A stretch of DNA of 64,000 bases from Felis catus (Eukaryota). This document shows, in pieces, positions 59,201 to 64,000 of the stretch; position 1 is the stretch's first letter, and each line of letters starts with the position of its first letter. The notes beneath the pieces were generated by a model. That model did not search any database. It saw only the letters and a program-made list of their open reading frames with translations, and was not told where the DNA came from. The position numbers and the translations under genes were made by a program. The stretch covers positions 14,694,001-14,758,000 of the forward strand of contig NC_058376.1 in the NCBI RefSeq assembly GCF_018350175.1, read 5' to 3'.

Positions 59201-60030
59201 AGGGTTAACATCTAGCCAGGAGCCCACAGGAGATGCTCATAGCTGCGTGACATCATACTACATGCCTGACAACTGTAACCACCTCTGTGCAGGGATTGTC
59301 TTTCCAAGAATATAAAGTACAACATTACAGAGAGAGAAAAGGAAATCTATTTTCTGCTTATAACATCATAATTCTATTGTAATGGGCAGTTGCTGCTAAT
59401 AACACGCTGCACCCTCTCTTCTTGCTACTGTGCAGATATAATAGCTGTTACGAGTGCTGTTGTTTGGAAATGTTGAAGATGGATTTAGTAGCATTAATAT
59501 CCATCCTGCAAGATGCAGCACCCTAGGGTTTGAACAAAGGCTACGTGTCACTACCCAGCGACATTGTGCAGATGGCCTCATGATGAGTAGTAATGACTCA
59601 CTATAAATACAGGAGAGAAGAATAGCAATTGTGACAGACTGTGATAGCTAAAATGGAAGGCAGAATAAAAAGGGCTTTTGCATTAGAAATCGGATGTGGA
59701 ATGTGTGAGTGGAAGAAAGTGCAATGGCCTGTAGTACATCCATGTAGGCGCTCCATAGACATGTTGATTGCATGTAAAGGGAAATTGTCTTCATGTTTTA
59801 AATGCCTTAAGCAAAATAAATCATGTAAGAGTGTTATGTAAGTATTTATTTTTGTTCCTTCTTTGGGCAGCTTAGTGAAAGTTGACTATGTGTATCTATT
59901 GGACACAGAAGCTTTTCTACTCCGAGGCCACGGCTCAACTAAGACCCATAGGCTTAATGTTTTCCAGATGATAACAAGTTTTGACCCAGTGGAAAGTAGT
60001 GAAATGAAGAGAAAGAGTAGAGACTAGTAG

Positions 60031-60069
<39 letters not shown>
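60031..60069. repeat. (TG)n microsatellite
   Basis: Directly visible. Confidence 0.98.
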
Positions 60070-60071
<2 letters not shown>

Positions 60072-61139
60072 CACCTTCCTCTCCTGCTACTTTGTGGAGG
60101 TCTGGCCTCTTCCTGAGGCTGGCGTGTCCCTGTCTCCTGCTTCATTTCCTTCTCTCCCAAGCCTTTGCTGACTGAAAGCACAGGAGTGGCATATACAAGG
60201 CAATTCCATATTTACTCTGCATTTATTCATCTAACCTCTGGAAACTGACATAGGATTAGGGGAGCTCTCTGTTCATGAATTTCTTCCCTTTCCAGTGCAG
60301 GGGTGAGAGGGGATGGTACATGAGCAGGCATGGGTCATGGCATGCAGAGGGGAGCAGGAACAAGAAAGGTAGAGGAAGAAGTTATTCCAGGGCACTTCTG
60401 GATATTCAGCGGCTTCAGAGTAGAGGGTACTTGAGGTTTCTTGGTTCCCAGGGCTTCTTTACTCTTATAGTTAGGCAGGAGCCCTAGACAGAAAGACAGC
60501 TGATTTTCTCTAGAGAGGACCTTGTTTAATACTGCTTCATTGACTGAGCTGTGTCACAGTGGCTGGCTGGAGGCACAGACATAGCAGAGGTCATGGTTTC
60601 CCCGTGTCTGTTGGAAGCAACTGGAGACAGCGCCAACATCAGGGACACCTCCAACCCAGGGTCTTGTTTTGGTGTCTTTGCTTAACTCCACTGACTCATT
60701 TTCCCATTTCAGTGCTTAAATTCTATGATGCTAAAATTTGGTTCTGGTGCCCAGAGACTAATTCCTTTGCAAGTTCTGCCCCATTCAAAGTAGACTCAGG
60801 TTTCAATGAGAAGGGATAAAGGCTGTAAAACAAAGTGTAGCTCACGTATTCCTCAGGAAGTGTTGTCCACAGGTTACGTCTTTCTTGCTGGCTACCTTTC
60901 TTGACATTGACTTTTTAACTCATCTTAATATCAGGATCTGATTTGTTTGTAGAGATCTGGAATTCCAAATAAATAAACAAGGTAATCTCGGGGCATTGTA
61001 GAATGGACTATGTTTGATCACTCAAGATTTGAAACTCTGGTGCGTTTCAGTAATGCCTGTTAAAACATGCAGGTCAGAATCCCACCAGCACAGAGGTGGC
61101 TGTGGGGAAGGGGCCTTCACAACTGAGAGAGAAGGTAAT

Positions 61140-61360
61140 GTGAAAACTCAAAAGCAAAGCCTGGCATTGCCTTTCCCAGCACTATGATCTTGTGCCATTG
61201 ACTTGAGCTCTCTCTGCCCCCACTTTTCTCATCTGTGACATGGGAATAAGGGTATCTCTTGCATTGGGTTATTATAATATTATAAAAATTAAAAGAGATA
61301 ATATAGGTAAAATACCCACAAAATTGCCTGGCAATTAGCATAGAGTATATGTGAATCTTT
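61140..61360 (+). mobile_element. MIR
   Basis: ctctctctgccccacttttctcatctgtgacatgggaataagggtatc...attaaaagagataatataggtaaa..gcctggca. Confidence 0.75.
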
Positions 61361-62680
61361 GCTCAAATAATCCAAGAAACCATTTCCCAAGTGCTTCTGA
61401 GGTATCGAATTTGAGAATCGTTGCTGTAAATATCTTAAATACATTTTTATTGCGTGAGTCATTCTTTTTTTATTGCCTGAGTCATTCTTTAACAAAAGAG
61501 CAAAATGTTTATAATTAAATGAGAAACTTGGGATTTCCAAAAGTACACTTGCTTAAAAACAAGAGTATAGCAACTGCAACCCTCTATAGAAAGCGCTGTT
61601 TTAAATTTTCAGAAGACTGATCAGCAAAACCAGTGATAAATGATCTCTTAAGTTAATGGCTTAATGCTGTGCTCACATGCTATGTTTCTTATCCCTCTCG
61701 AATGTCCCTTTCTTTCTCTTCCCAACCATCCCTTACTTCCTTCCTTTTCCTTTTCTCTTTCCCCCATCTTTATGTTTCACGCACCACTTATCTTGGTTGA
61801 GCCGTCTAGACCAGTAATACTGTCAGACCAAAGAAATGTTTCCATGTGTCCCATTGGTTAATGTTGACCCTCCCCTATACTTACTTCCAAGAGTAGTTAA
61901 GCATTTCTATTCATTTATCTTACAATGCTTGCGGTTTAATTAGTTTTGTTGGTATTTTATTTCATTGTAGATCAGATGTCTTTGAACGAAAAGTTTCTAG
62001 CTCCCATTTAAAATTTCGCAATCTCCATGTCATAATGCCTTTTTAATCAAACATTCCCAAAGGCAAACAACTTCAAGATGATTTGCAAATGTGGCCCTGA
62101 TGACACTGTTCACAGCTGCACATATCTGGCCTTTAGAGTTCTTAGTCTGTTGCTTTTCCAGAGTATTTTAGGAATTTCCAGCTTCATGCATCCCATCTTA
62201 ATTTCCCAGATACAGTTGACCTAGAAGAAGGACCACCCTCCTCCCCTCAGTTCCTGTGTCACCATAGACTTGCAGTAATGTTTATTAAGAAGATGATACA
62301 GGCAGTCTTATTATTGGCTTTATTATTTTTACTTGTTGACAGTTGAAAATACGTGATCCTCTGTTCATGAACCCAGATTCTGCTGCTTGGTTCCTTAGGA
62401 AACATAAATAGAAGAGTCTGGTACCTTGTCAGTATGAGACACTAGGAAGTGGAGGGTCGCAGGCACCCTGTGGTGCTGTATGGATGGTGATTACCGGATT
62501 ATTGGCCATGAAAATAGTCACCTTCGTCCTATATGTGAGAAAGGGATGATCTGTGTCTCTTAAGTAAACGAATAAAACATATTCAGCCATGTCTGTGCAG
62601 AGGGAGATCAATTTCCTTTTCATTAGATAACTGATTTAGTGAAACCCCGGAGGACTCTACCAAGTTGTTTTCCTCATACA

Positions 62681-63580
62681 CACACCCAATGGAAAGGGTT
62701 TATAAAGTTCCTGAGGAGACAATTCACCCCAAGTCCTCATTAGACCTAGAAAAAATTGACGTTTGGAGACACTATCTAATCAAAATTTTAAAATGCCTTT
62801 TTTTCCCACTTTAATGACTGTTTGTCTCTTGTTATGGATTAAATTGTGTCTCTCAAGATTCATATGTTGGAGTCCTAAACCTCATTACCTCAGAATGTGA
62901 CCTTATTTGAAGATAAGGTCTCTAGAGAAGCAATCCAGTTCAATAGTGAGGTCATTGTGATGAACTGTAATCCAATATGACTGTTGTCATAAAAAGGGGG
63001 AAATTGGGGCAAAGAGATATTCATGCATAGAAGGAAGGAGATACTGAGAGACCCAGGGAGAAGAGGGGTGCCTACAAGCCAAGGGGAGCAGCCTGGAACA
63101 GATCCTTCCCTCACTGCCCTTAGAAGGACCCAATACTGCCAATACTTAGATCTAGGTCATGCAGCTTCCAGAGCTGTGAGACCATGCATTTCTGTTGTTT
63201 AAGCACCCAGTCTGTGGCACTTTGTCAAATTAATACATCCTTCATCTGTCAGAAGGGGGTCCTGTCTTCCCAGGAATTGAGTGACCATGGTCATTGACTC
63301 CATCTTCCCATGTCTACCAAGTTTCTGCTGGTCACCAGGGAACCTTCCAGCTATCGTGTGCCCACTTATTATCACGCTTCCTCACCAGTCCTTCCAGAGG
63401 ATGGGACCATGAGCTTGGGGCTGTGGACTCTAGTTTCCAGTGTCTGGGCTGTGGATCTGTGGATCTGAGAACTTCCCCACCTCTCATGTTGAATTGGGCC
63501 TCTTGACACACCTGTTGTTTCTCTAGGAGAGATCTGTCTCCTTTTTCCTGACCAAAATGTGTTCAGAGGTCCATAAATCA
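62681..63580 (+). pseudogene. Ancient, heavily decayed KAP13/14-family pseudogene interrupted by an MLT1 LTR
   Basis: Promoter 62681-62706 matches the KRTAP14 promoter 10118-10143 at 23/26. 63519-63561 matches the KRTAP14 3' CDS 10652-10694 at 29/43 ungapped. Remnant peptide SSFQCLGCGS. Confidence 0.75.
62830..63237 (+). mobile_element. MLT1B-like MaLR solo LTR
   Basis: tgttatggattaaattgtgtc...cagaatgtgaccttatttgaagataaggtc...ctacaagccaagg...gtttaagcacccagtctgtggcactttg...aataca. Confidence 0.9.
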
Positions 63581-64000
63581 GCATGTTGTATTTCTAAGAT
63601 CTCAAACAATGAATTTTTAAAAACTTTATTACTAAGGAAGCACTAGATCTTTTAAGTCAGGAACTGCCTATCCATTTCTAATAAATGAGACCTATTTTAA
63701 TTCACTGACAACCTATGCCACAAATAGAAATATGCAAGTTGCTACTTCCAAAATTATCTTTCTTCCCGACCTCACCCCCAACCCCCTTCCTTTCCCTTTT
63801 CTTAGGACACATTTTATTTTCACTACTCTCTGGATCATCTCTTTTTAGTATGTCACAAAGGAATAGAAAGACCACCTTATGTTACAATAATTTACTTAAC
63901 ATAGAAATTAGGCTCATGTTTCTATTTATTTCAGTGTGTTTTATATGTTTTTAATCAATTTTCTTTGGCATGAAAATGCATTGGTTCTGCTTCCCTTAAG

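Noticed and set aside
55300-62600. Ortholog of human MIR4327, recalled from the KRTAP13-2/13-1 interval
   Set aside because: I found no match to the recalled mature sequence and no convincing hairpin.

Overview
Mammalian genomic DNA from a felid (about 30 carnivore SINEC elements, several of the young SINEC_Fc type; exact species cannot be determined). The window is part of the keratin-associated protein cluster that in human lies on 21q22.1, here in reverse orientation. It holds single-exon hair-matrix KAP genes of the PMG/KAP13-14-15 family: KRTAP15-1 (-), a KRTAP14-like gene (+) head-to-head with it, four intact KRTAP13-family genes (17.3, 39.2, 48.6 and 54.7 kb), one C-terminally frameshifted copy (22.7 kb), one clear pseudogene (43.4 kb) and a heavily decayed pseudogene split by an MLT1 LTR (62.7-63.6 kb) that the ORF track does not reveal. 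The strongest signal is concerted evolution. A 675-bp, about 99% identical inverted repeat covers promoter plus 5' CDS of a head-to-head KAP13 pair, has sharp boundaries, and appears to keep the 5' part of the frameshifted copy refreshed. A shorter coding-only tract extends to a copy about 26 kb away. The rest is AT-rich intergenic DNA with SINEs, L1/L2/MIR, MaLR/ERVL LTR remnants, DNA-transposon fossils, microsatellites and two N gaps. Repeat-family names and orthologies are recalled from known consensus sequences, not from searches. All counts were done by eye.
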